DNA of 64,000 bases from Anthoceros angustus (lineage: Eukaryota; Plantae; Anthocerotophyta), in assembly GCA_010909165.1 (NCBI GenBank), contig MU008164.1, forward strand, positions 1,178,001 through 1,242,000, given 5' to 3'. The notes under the pieces were generated by a model that saw only the letters and a list, made by a program, of their open reading frames with translations, was not told where the DNA came from and did no database searches. Shown here in pieces: positions 12,471-23,560 of the stretch. The position numbers and the translations under genes were made by a program. The first letter of the stretch is position 1. The number at the start of each line of letters is the position of its first letter.

Positions 12471-12849
12471 TGGAAAAGAGCTGAGCCTTTATAGAGAGGG
12501 AACACAACACTCCCATACAATATGGGTTATATGCACTAGGCACACTAGATACTATCACACAAGCACACAAGAACACTTGCACACACCGCATCCCACGAGT
12601 AGGTGGGCTTGGCCTTATATAGTCATAGCCTTGAATCCTATTGGTTACTTGACCTTGAGTCCTATTGGTCACTTGACCTTGAATCCTTCTTGTCATTTGA
12701 CTTGCCCTTTACTTTTGGGCTTTCTAGAAGATACTTTCTAGAAGATGCATGACTTTCAAGTTTGTTATTTTTAGGACACTCTTCATAACCTATTTTTAGG
12801 GCACTCTTCATAACATATTTTGATATATTGTAATAAATCACTTCTAACA
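12471..12849 (-). repeat. Copia 5' LTR
   Basis: Second copy of the LTR, with a small deletion at its inner end and one fewer ~22-bp internal repeat unit. Confidence 0.9.
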
Positions 12850-13027
12850 GTATATTCATTTTCTACGAGACTTCAAGAACCCAAGGCTAGCATTGCTGTT
12901 CCTCTGCCTCCCCTTTGGAAGAACTTCCATCACATACGGAATACAAGGTCTCAGCTTTGTGGCACAGCACTAAGTGCACCTATTGGGACATCAACCGGTC
13001 GCATTACTTTCCGGGAAGCTGCCTGCC

Positions 13028-13081
13028 TGTCTTGCCTCCCTTTTTGCCCTTGGAGATCCGCTTGTTCTTCCTGACTGCCAT
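13028..13081 (-). pseudogene. RPS3A: 5' fragment of 40S ribosomal protein S3a (eS1)
   Basis: ATG at 13081 reads MAVRKNKRISKGKKGGK versus the conserved plant MAVGKNKRISKGKKGGK. Similarity ends after ~18 codons. Confidence 0.75.
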
Positions 13082-13874
13082 GCTGCCGAGCTTCGGGAAG
13101 GAAGCAGGCACTGATCGCGTAGCTCCAGGACGGAAACAGGCACTTCTCGGTACGAGGAAAGGTTAGCCGCAGCGCCGGCATCTATGTCCAGACTGTAGTA
13201 CTCCTCCCAGGGTTTCGGAAACACACCGAGCGTCGCGATAAGTAAAGATATGTAGTGTGAAATGACTTCTTCTGATTTAGCCTCACTGAGCTGCCCCTGC
13301 TCACATTGTATGCTTACGGTTTCAGCCGTTGCGTTCCTTGGGTATTCTGCGGGCCTGGATGTAGGGGCTCCTCGACCCATCTGCACATCCTGAGCAGACA
13401 TCTCCTCATCCACCCAACCTGGAATGTAGGACTTGTTTAACATGAGGACTTCCCGGGACTTCCTATGCCGGAAGTCAGAGCATTTCGTATGTTGTCCAAG
13501 CATATGGTCCAGAAAAAACTGCCGGCACACAATTTCCTGGTGCAACCTCTCACCTGCCAGACACTCTTTTGGATGAGCTCCCGCCCTGAATGAGAAAAAT
13601 GCGACAGGCAGCCCTGATCGGCAGAAGTATTCTGTCCCTGTTTGATTCCGTGTTTAGGGCATCGATCGACCCAAACCCAAACCCCTAAACCCCGAAGGAG
13701 ATGAAAATGAGGAAGTGAAAGCCTCTGTTTGCCATGCAGAGCAGGGCAGTAGCCTATCTCACCAATTGAGATCGTAACAGGAAGGAAAGATTCAAGACGA
13801 GGGGAGTCGCAATTTTGTACAATTCACAGGTTTCATTGAAGCTGGACTCCAGCAGCGGAAGGGAGAGCGGAGGC

Positions 13875-14121
13875 ATGGAAATAATCAGGGATAAGAAGCT
13901 GATGAGAGATTGGTCGCGGAAGCAGAAAGCGGCAGGCACGACCGTGGCATTGGTGCTTACTATGGGATTTCTGCATGAAGGTCATCTTTCTCTTGTGAGG
14001 GAGGCCAGGCTGCGCGCGGATGTTGTGGTGCGTTCTGTGTACGTGAATCCAAGCCAGTTTGTTTCGAGCAGACTTAGCTTCGTATTACAAAGACCTGGAA
14101 GGAGACATCAAAAAATTAAAG
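13875..14121 (+). pseudogene. panC: Pantoate-beta-alanine ligase (pantothenate synthetase) 5' fragment, frameshifted
   Basis: [62 protein letters not shown] with HxGH motif (PTMG changed to LTMG). After a frameshift: [17 protein letters not shown]. No downstream exons recognised. Confidence 0.85.
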
Positions 14122-14448
14122 GTCCTGCTCAGGTGATCTTACAGCCCAATGCCTTAGTCCTTGCCACGTTTAGTCCATCTCACGGATGCCTGGTTTGCCT
14201 GTCTGCGTGAGGTGTCTGCTTTCTCGGTTGTTTATTCATCCACTTTTTTGAATCTTCCAGCCATTGAATTTGGAAGCAGTGTTCAATCCGTAACATCTCT
14301 ATGTCCGAGCTGAATCGAGGAAATCGACCAATCGATCTTTATGCTGCTTCAAGCAGCAGCTGCTTGCTTTCGTGAATAGCTGGCGCGACTTCGAAGCTGG
14401 AATGCCGGCCTGCTGCTCAACAGGGGCATCTAAGACTGCTCCAAGGGC

Positions 14449-14700
14449 AGCCAGCACTCCTCCTGCTCACCCGGAGCAGCCAGCACTCCTCCTGGTCACC
14501 AGGACCAACCAGCAGTCCTCCTGCTCGCCAGGAGCAGCCAGCCCTCCTCCTCCTCACCAGGAGCAACTAGCAGTCCTCCTGCTCACCGGGAGCAGCCAGC
14601 AGTCCTCCTGCTCACCGGGAGCACCAGCAGTCCTCCTGCTCACCAGGAGCAGCCAGCACTCCTGCTCACCAAGAGCAGCCAGCTCTCCAGACTCACCAGC
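14449..14700. repeat. ~29-bp minisatellite (gcagccagcactcctcctgctcacccgga), about 9 degenerate units
   Basis: Direct reading of tandem units. Confidence 0.8.
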
Positions 14701-14759
14701 CCGCTCATTGCACGCATCTGCTATATTTCTCCTCCAAGAGCCACCCCACCAGAGCACGC

Positions 14760-15395
14760 TTGTTGGCCACAAGTCTGTGGCAGTCCACTACCAGTTACAA
14801 TTTGACACTGGACTGTTAACAGGTGGTCGTCGTTGGAGCTCCATGTTGAGCTTGTCCAGCCTTGAACGGACTGGACATTGGGAGATGCTGGCATTGTCGT
14901 GGACATGTTGCCAGCCAAAGCCCTAGAGACATGGACAGCCATGATCTTGCAGTAGGTTTGCAAGCCTTGTCATGTTTGTAAGGCTGCTCGAGGGATGAGC
15001 GAGCATCAGAGCCACACATGAAGGGACGCTGCTTCACTCTCACATTCGCGAAAGGGGGCTGGAAGCGGACCTGGTGCTTGGGAATGCTCTTGGAGACATG
15101 TATGCTGAATGTGGCAGCTTAGAAGCTGCCCGCACTGTCTTTGACCGGCATGCATAAATTTGCCATGACCAAACCGGATAGCGTGCACGACCTTCGTCAA
15201 CACTCTTAACGCCTCTAGTAGCACAGGAGCCGTCCGTTTGTCTAGAGACGAGGGTGAAGGCTTCGAAAGACTGCCGACAAAAAGCTACGCTCCGACGGTC
15301 GTGGAATGCTTGAGTGAGTGGCTACGGCCAGCATAATGAGTGCTCCCAGGCCGTACAATGGTTTTCAGCAAATGCAGCAGCAAGGCAGGCGAATC
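14760..15395 (+). pseudogene. Degenerate PPR fragments
   Basis: EADLVLGNALGDMYAECGSLEAARTVFDR (15062-15150) and SWNA..SGYGQHNE..QAVQWF.QMQQQG (15300-15390), interrupted by indels. Confidence 0.7.
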
Positions 15396-16396
15396 GGATA
15401 GAAGAATCCAGCGTTTTGAACAACCCGGAGCTTCCCCGCCGCAGTGCGCACAATACACTTTGCAAATCTTGCAAACAGACCTCTACTTCCATGGCGCCTC
15501 CCAGCTCCGCCTCCTCACAGAGCCTGGTCAGCTGCTCCATGGAGTGCCTGACGGCAGCCTGGGTTGCTCCTTGCGCAAGATTCCATGATCCATCAACTCG
15601 TGGCACTTCCCTTCCCGCGCAAGAAGCGCACAGATCGAGCTTGCTTGGTCACCACGTTTCCGCAATCACAAGCTGCCAGGACTTTCCATCTCCTTCCCTC
15701 GCGCTCAGGGTAGACTCGATCCGGGCTGGAGGCTTCGCGTTGTTGCAGATGCTGGTGATCATGAACTCGGCAACGGATCATGCCAGCAGCACAAATTCCG
15801 AGACTCGCGGATATGTACAGTTCCAGAACTTCCCGGTTGTTCCAATTATGCGTAGCTTTCAATTTAGGTGGAGCCCTAGAATGGCATGTATGTACAAGAA
15901 GAAGAAAAGTCTATTATTTTTTACTAACTCGGCACTTCCAATGAACTTCTTTTAATGTCACTTATTGAAAGGAGGATAGAAAAGTTTATTATAGTTCAAG
16001 TCTTAAGTCTTAAGATATATCAGTTACTATTATGCACATATTTCAACATCTGTTATATGGCTATCTATAGATATTTTCTTCGTAAGAATTTAAATAATAA
16101 CATAAAATGTATATAATATAAATATATAAAACTATATATATAAGTATCATATTCTGGATATAGAATTTGAAAAGTTGTGATGATGATAGATTCTAAATTA
16201 GGGTCCTAATTCTCTCCTATAAAAACCTGGTCCATGTCTCTTATTTGTAAAGACTTTTAGTCTAGAGCTATACTTCAAAACTTAATTTTTGTAGACTTGT
16301 TGTTTTGAGGTTATTTTTCTGCGATAAGTTCACATATTCTTCATCTCATATAGCTCAAACTATAGGTCTTTATTTTGCTTTTACAAAGCTCATATA

Positions 16397-17119
16397 ATGG
16401 ACATCATCTTGGTATTTGAACTTCTTATTGGAGTTTTAATGTTCATGTTGCCAATAGAACCAGTTCTCGCAGTAAGAGTACCAAGAGTATTAACAATACC
16501 CATTGACACACCCATCGGACCAAGAACACTAGCTAGCGCACCAATGCCAATAATAGTTACCACGCTGCCAACGTCACAATTTGACCTCAGACCACCACAA
16601 TTTGAGAAACTATCACTTTTAATTCCACCCTTGATACTATTATTGAACGGTATTGTTCTAGTAATGTGCACACTTTGTGGATGTAGACGTAATCACCAAC
16701 GTCTTGACCAAAACAATTTGGAAAAAATCATTCCATGCATATTATACAAGAAAGAAGACGGTGTAAATGAAGAATGTTCCATATGTTTAGAAACGTTTGA
16801 GAACACAGAAGAAGTGAGAAGATTATCAACTTGTTCTCATTTATTCCATCGTAAATGTATTGATACTTGGTTTGCAACATCAACGACTTGTCCCATTGAT
16901 AGAAGAAAAGTTGTAATAAGTACGGATACAGATACGGATACGGATACAGATACAGATACAGATATGGATATGGATATGGATATGGATATGGATACAGATA
17001 CGGATACGGATACGGATATCGATATCGATATCGATATCGATATGGGACATGGATATGGATATGGATATGGATACGGATATGAGATCATTATAGAGGAGGC
17101 ACTTTTAGAAAATAATTAA
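16397..17119 (+). CDS. ATL-like RING-H2 E3 ubiquitin ligase (hydrophobic N-terminus, TM segment, GLD-like motif, RING-H2), single exon
   Basis: RLDQNNLEKIIPCILY (GLD-like), then CSICLETFENTEEVRRLSTCSHLFHRKCIDTWFATSTTCPID. Low-complexity TD/MD/ID/GY tail. Confidence 0.88.
   Translation: MDIILVFELLIGVLMFMLPIEPVLAVRVPRVLTIPIDTPIGPRTLASAPMPIIVTTLPTSQFDLRPPQFEKLSLLIPPLILLLNGIVLVMCTLCGCRRNHQRLDQNNLEKIIPCILYKKEDGVNEECSICLETFENTEEVRRLSTCSHLFHRKCIDTWFATSTTCPIDRRKVVISTDTDTDTDTDTDTDMDMDMDMDMDTDTDTDTDIDIDIDIDMGHGYGYGYGYGYEIIIEEALLENN
16921..17080 (+). repeat. Hexanucleotide microsatellite (GATACG/GATACA/GATATG/GATATC/GGATAT) within the RING gene
   Basis: About 26 consecutive hexamer units read directly. 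Confidence 0.92.
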
Positions 17120-17291
17120 TCTAGCTATATATGCAGTTGTATAAGTTAAGATAGTTTAGTATCTATTTCTTCCTCTCTTTTCACTCCCTCTCTCCCGTGT
17201 GTTAGTATTTTGTTTAGAAAATTTGTATTTCAATTAAAGAAGAAACAAAACTGACCTTGTCAATACAACCACTCATGCTCTTCAGGGCACT

Positions 17292-17540
17292 CTAAATAAT
17301 GAGATTGAGAATGTGTGCAACACATCTAATGTGCATGAACTCCCCACTGTGCGGAACGGTTGCGGCCGCAACCGTTCCGCCATGTTTCACCAGAACAAGG
17401 ACACAACCGGCTAAACAAAGAATAAAGCATATTTTATGGAATATGCCTAGTTTTGCCGCCTGGCAAAACTCAATTTCCCTAGTGCAAAATCTCAGGCTCC
17501 TCGATTCTCGCAATCTGTGAATGCATTTAACGATCCTCAA
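17292..17540 (-). mobile_element. hAT transposase remnant
   Basis: GEFMHIRCVAHILNLII matches the hAT H.RC.AH.LNL (CxxH) motif. Confidence 0.65.
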
Positions 17541-18489
17541 CTGCCATGATTTGTAGCCGCAAAGTAGATATCCGTCCTAATTGTCAATAATCAATGCGGT
17601 CCGACAGCAGGCATCTATACATGATGTTGAGCGGGGCAATCTTTGCGGGTCTCCCTCCTCGAGCACACGGCGTTCTCAACAATTGCGTTTTCACTAGTCA
17701 CGAGCAATGGCAAGCGATCTCAATGCGAGAGGAGGAGTTTTTGATTTGGTGAGCAGCGGACTAGTGACCGATGAAGACATCGGCCATGTGTCCGAGTCGG
17801 ATATCGTGGACTTGGCGGCAGGCCGCAGCAGATGCTAGGCATGGGGTCCACTAGGCAATGTGTCAAATTCCCCGTGGTCGACATTCAAGGCGTTGCGGCA
17901 CCCAGGTAAACCCGGACGTCCGGTGAAAGGCGCTTCTGAAGCCACGACCGGACACGCATCGGTTGGATCAAACCGACTTCTTTGGGTGATACGTTGGGCC
18001 GCAAGTGATGGAGACCTTTACTTGTTTGATCCGGGATGGACTCCGGGCAGGCGGCGGACCGAGCAAATTGCGGCACATGTGGACCGGCATGTCCGAGCTC
18101 GACAACAGCGCCGGGCGGCCCGATATCCACCACCGACAGCGCAACCTCGGCCCACCTCGGCGGCTGCCGGCACTATATACCTGTGTCTGCTCAATCGCGG
18201 TGCCAAGAAATTGGCAAGGATGTTCGCTCGATCCAAATCCACGCGCAGCGGGTGGCTCTGGCGGAAGGTGACAAGGTGGCACCTACAACAAGTCCATGGT
18301 GTGCAAGAGTACCATCAACCTTGTGTCACACCACCGCACGAATGACAACAACGGATTACGGCGAGAGAGTGTTGGTGAGTCTCACAGCTGGTGAGAAGAT
18401 GCATGCGATCGTAGACTTGGTTTCGATTTGGCATTGGGTCATGGAGGACTGCCGAGGCGAGCAGGCGACCAAACGTACGTGATCCAATT

Positions 18490-21400
18490 GCCTTGTTTGG
18501 AGATGTCTTGGCACTAGATCACAATGAAGATTTGCGAAATCACGCCCCCTAATCCTAAGTCCGGGGTTGGAGTTGCAATCTCGCGATAGGGTTGTTTGCT
18601 CAACAAAGAACCGTCTTTGCAAGTTAAGCTGGATCATGTCTTGGCGAAGCATTGTCGGCGAAGCTTTCAGCGGACATGAAGAGACAATGTTGTACGAAAA
18701 GTGTTTAGCAAGGCGGGGAATGGCGGTGAAGTCACTTCGTTGTTCTTTTTCCATGACAAAGGGGCGAGCAGCATTTGCAAGACCTTATTGATGTTGTCGA
18801 AGACGAGGAAAGCAGTATGGTGACGGATGGGTGAACAAGCTGCCACATGGGAAGGTTTCAATTTGTGTAAGGGCATTCGCCGAGTTTTGTATTGGTGCAC
18901 TACGATATCGGAATGCGGGCCGGGTGCGAAGGGACTAGGTTTGCCGCCGAGGCGCTGGTAAAATTCAACTTCATACGGATGCAGTCATGTGGATGGATAT
19001 GTTTTCAAAAGAAATGTGGAAAGACTACCCAGAAGTGTTCAACCTAGGATACATTCACAAAAGAGGAGATTTACATTGAGTATGCTAGGCAGCGCTAGAG
19101 CAATTACCACTCATGTTTGTTATAGCTATTTTTGCAAGTCATGGATACGGCATTTCCGTCCGTCAAGATTCCAAGATGCAACCGATTCTCGATGTCTTGG
19201 CACTAGATCACAATGAAGATTTGCCGAAATCTGCTAATCCTAAGTCCGAGGGGTTGGAGTTGCAATCTCGCGATAGGGTTGTTTGCTCAACAAAGAACCG
19301 TCTTTGCAAGGGCTAAAATGGATCATGTCTTGGCGAACATTAGTGTCAGGCGAAGCTTTCATGAAGAGACAATGTTGTACGAAAAGTGTTTAGCAAGGGG
19401 AATGGCGGTGAAGTCACTTCGTTGTTCTTTTTTTCCATGACAAAGGGGCGAGCAGCATTTGCAAGACCTTATTGATGTTGTCGAAGACGAGGAAAGCAGT
19501 ATGGTGACGGATGGGTGAACAAGCGCCACATGGGAAGGTTTCAATTTGTGTAAGGGCATTCCGAGTTTTACAGTATTGGTGCACTACGATATCGGAATGC
19601 GGGCGGGTCAGAAGGGACTAGGTTTGCCGAGGCGCTGGTAAAATTCAACTTCATACGGATGCAGTCATGTGGATGGATATGTTTTCAAAAGAAATGTGGA
19701 AAGACTACCCAGAGAAGTGTTCAACCTCTAGGATACATTCACAAAAGAGGAGATTTACATTGAGTATGCTAGGCTAGAGCAATTACCACTCATGTTTGTT
19801 ATAGCTATTTTTGCAAGTCATGGATACGGCATTTCCGTCGTCAAGATTCCAAGATGCAACCGATTCTCGATTGTCTTGTTGTGAGAAGCTTAAAGCGAAA
19901 ATTAAAAGCAAAGCGAAAGCAAGGTCTGCGTATGAACCGCTCCCTTTTTAAGCACGGATGTCCGGTGATTGCTAGGTGTCCTTTTTCTAGTAGTTGTCGT
20001 GGAAAACCCTAGACCACATTCTTTAGGGTTCATTACAAAGGTTGATGTAGCCGCGCGACTCGGAGTTGTTCGGGGCTGCTATTGACGATGGCACTTATGC
20101 GGTATGTGCGGATAGACTTAGGGAACTCCTCAATTACCACCGGATCAACAATGATGGAGCGGGCGAAATGGCAAAGCATCGCGGCAAGTGTATGGCTCAA
20201 CCGACCAAGTACAGGGATTGCGATAGATGGTATGGACCAAAAGAAAACCGAGTTGCCTCATTTCCATGAGTGCCCAAAGATGTGGATAGTCTTTGCTCTC
20301 GTCTCATCCATGTGGTTGGAGTTTTGGTGTTTAACAAATACATGAGAACTTATGTTTACGAGCTATCCAAATCATGAAATGACCCTAACGGACAATTGCC
20401 GTAGTCCAGCATGTTATTAACGGATGGGAGGGCCAGTTGCCTCAAACTCTTTACTGCGGATGGACAATACAAATGCCGTAATAAGAACTAAGAAGTGTTG
20501 GCGTATTGCGCCATGTTAGTGGACCGAGGTATTTTCAAGAAGGTGAAACTAGGATTTCTAATTGTTGGCCATACCCATGATCGATTGATCAAATGTTTTC
20601 CGTTTTTACATTGTGCTAAATCGAAGGAGGCCTACACCTTGCGGAGCTAATCGGTTGCCTTGAGAGGGCTTATACTCGACACCAAAGATCTATCTTATGA
20701 AAGAGGTGCCCAACTTTAAGCAATATTTGTGGCACAGGGGTCCGTCTGCAACATTTACTCTCCATAATCACAGTTTCCAACATCGCTTTAAAATCACTCA
20801 TGAAGAGTTGCCTAGTCATGTGTTTGTAGCGGTCACGAGGTGCAAGCTTTTCCATCCCGCGCATTGGAGCCAGATGGTGGTGTTCAATTGCGGATGGAGT
20901 CCCGAGAGGAGATTATTGCGGCTCCACTCACTCGCAGTCGTAAAATCCAAGGGCCAAAGAGAACATGCGTGCGGCTGATAGGGCTATCGGGAGTGGAAGA
21001 CAACAGACGTTTAAGAACTTCCAAAGTCTTCAATGGTCATCGGCTACTTTGGTGGGATGGTTTTGGGAAGAGCGATTGGCCATAGCGGGTGTAGTAGCGT
21101 CTGGAGCTCTTCGTCCATTGGACACGACATGGAAATGGTATAACCGGAGGAGCATTCAAGAACCCGCAGTGGCTCTTCCGGATGAAGTGATAGTGGACGC
21201 TACACTTGCGAGGCATATTCGGACATGAGCGAGAGGTTTACAGGCCACAGAATGCAGAAGGGCGTGCAGCAACACAGGAGGATCGATTAAAGAGATCCGG
21301 TGGCATGATGATTGCGGTCGGTGGAGATGATCCGGACGGCCCTTTCTCGGCCGGGTAAGGTTGGATGTAGACCATGAAGTCACCGGACCGTAGCGCAAGT

Positions 21401-21580
21401 CCACCGGTGGCGCCGAAAACCCTAATGCATTGGAGGGTAGGTATTCGGAAGAGTGGGTGCCAACCAACCCTCCGGCCGTAGAAAAGGTCGACGCAGCACC
21501 CTTTGAAGAAACATGTGCAACCAATCAAGCTTTTGGAGACCACAATCATGGGTTATGATTTCGAGTTGACGAGGAACAAG
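18490..21580 (+). mobile_element. Decayed DUF7869-type (Sola-like DDD) transposase gene; C-terminus resumes at 48128
   Basis: Across frameshifts: HVCYSYFCKSWIRHFPSVKIPK, IAIDGMDQKKTELPHF (Asp ~20226), LPQTLY..MDN (~20463), RNKN, VDRGIFKKVKLGFLIVGHTHD.IDQMFS (~20567-20600), and C-terminal GYDFELTRNK. 18490-19200 and 19190-19880 are a direct duplication. Confidence 0.75.
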
Positions 21581-21894
21581 CACTACAAGAAAATGAGGGT
21601 TTTACAGCGGTTTTACAACGGTTTTACAACGGGTGTTACAACGGGTGTTACAACGCGCTTTACAACGCGGCGTTGTAAACCGAGAGCTTCATGGCGTTGT
21701 AAAATTGCGACATGGCGGTTCGGTGCCATGTCATTAAAGTGGTGATGTGGCGCCACATCACGCCACATCACCAAGTGATGACATGGCATGTTGTTGCCAC
21801 ATGGCCTTCATTGCCACATCATCGGTGATGACGTGGCATAATTTGATGACATGGCCCTCATTGCCACATCACCATGTGATGACGTGGTGCCATT

Positions 21895-23560
21895 TACAAA
21901 ACCATTTACAACATCCCAATTGCAAAAGCAATTACAACATCTAAGTTTGAGACGTCTCGGTGTGGGTACAACGCGCTTTACAACGACTGCTTTACAAAAC
22001 CATCTACAACATCCCAATTGCAAAAGCAATTACAACATCTAAGTTTGAGACGCCCTTGTGGGTACAACGCGCTTTACAACGACTTTTACAAAACCATCTA
22101 CAACATCCCAATTGCAAAAGCAATTACAACATCTAAGTTTGAGACGTCTGTGGGTACAACGCGCTTTACAACGACTGTTTACAAAACCATCTACAACATC
22201 CCAATTGCAAAAGCAATTACAACATCTAAGTTTGAGACGTCTGTGGGTACAACGCGCTTTACAACGACTGTTTACAAAACCATCTACAACATCCCAATTG
22301 CAAAAGCAATTACAACATCTAAGTTTGAGACGCCCTTGTGGGTACAACGCTTTACAACGACTGCTTTACAACATCCCAATTGCAAAAGCAATTACAACAT
22401 CTAAGTTTGAGACGTCTTGTGGGTACAACGCTTTACAACATCCCAATTGCAAAAGCAATTACAACATCTAAGTTTGAGACGCCCTTGTGGGTACAACGCT
22501 TTACAACGACTTTTACAACATCCCAATTGCAAAAGCAATTACAACATCTAAGTTTGAGACGTCTGTGGGTACAACGCGCTTTACAACGACTGCTTTACAA
22601 AACCATCTACAACATCCCAATTGCAAAAGCAATTACAACATCTAAGTTTGAGACGTCTGTGGGTACAACGCGCTTTACAACGACTGCTTTACAAAACCAT
22701 CTACAACATCCCAATTGCAAAAGCAATTACAACATCTAAGTTTGAGACGTCTGTGGGTACAACGCGCTTTACAACGACTGCTTTACAAAACCATCTACAA
22801 CATCCCAATTGCAAAAGCAATTACAACATCTAAGTTTGAGACGTCTGGTGTGGGTACAACGCTTTACAACGACTGCTTTACAAAACCATCTACAACATCC
22901 CAATTGCAAAAGCAATTACAACATCTAAGTTTGAGACGTCTCGATGTGGGTACAACACGCTTTACAACGACCTGTTTTACAAAACCATCTACAACATCCC
23001 AATTGCAAAAGCAATTACAACATCTAAGTTTGAGACGTCTGGGTACAACGCTTTACAACGACTGCTTTACAAAACCATCTACAACATCCCAATTGCAAAA
23101 GCAATTACAACATCTAAGTTTGAGACGTCTCTGTGGGTACAACGCGCTTTACAACGACCTGTCCCAATTGCAAAAGCAATTACAACATCTAAGTTTGAGA
23201 CGTCTCGGTGTGGGTACAACGCTTTACAACGACTGCTTTACAACATCCCAATTGCAAAAGCAATTACAACATCTAAGTTTGAGACGTCTCTGTGGGTACA
23301 ACGCTTTACAAAACCATCTACAACATCCCAATTGCAAAAGCAATTACAACATCTAAGTTTGAGACGCCCTGTGGGTACAACGCTTTACAACGACTGCTTT
23401 ACAAAACCATCTACAACATCCCAATTGCAAAAGCAATTACAACATCTAAGTTTGAGACGTCTCGATGTGGGTACAACGCACTTTACAACGACCTGTTTTA
23501 CAAAACCATCTACAACATCCCAATTGCAAAAGAAATTACAACATTTAAATTACAACGCCC
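21895..23560 (+). repeat. CACTA left subterminal tandem array, ~19 units of ~68-98 bp
   Basis: Near-invariant 47-bp core acaacatcccaattgcaaaagcaattacaacatctaagtttgagacg plus a variable linker. Confidence 0.95.

Larger units (their letters stand above)
6013..12849 (-). mobile_element. Ty1/Copia LTR retrotransposon, full length but decayed
   Basis: Paired LTRs (6013-6416, ~12471-12849). On minus, in Copia order: gag (EKFGGTNFTLWK), CHYCKKPNHYAKDC knuckle, protease LDSGASQH, integrase LRSDNGGEY...PEQNGVAERK, RT DYTDTFSPVAK/MDVQTAFLNG, RNase H FNDNQGCI...RTKHIEVKYHFIRE. Multiple frameshifts. Confidence 0.96.

Noticed and set aside
13670-13695. CCCAAACCCAAACCCCTAAACCCC telomere-like / telo-box motif
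   Set aside because: Too short and degenerate for an interstitial telomere; such motifs are common near plant 5' UTRs.
14372-14926. 184-aa ORF as a real protein
   Set aside because: Largely produced by the stop-free 29-bp minisatellite.
12850-15960. Helitron as carrier of the gene-fragment mosaic
   Set aside because: No convincing 5' TC plus 3' hairpin-CTRR pair could be identified by eye.
21895-23560. CRISPR-like appearance (constant repeat with hairpin plus variable spacers)
   Set aside because: The spacers are all variants of one sequence, there are no cas genes, the context is eukaryotic, and the array sits just inside a CACTA terminus.
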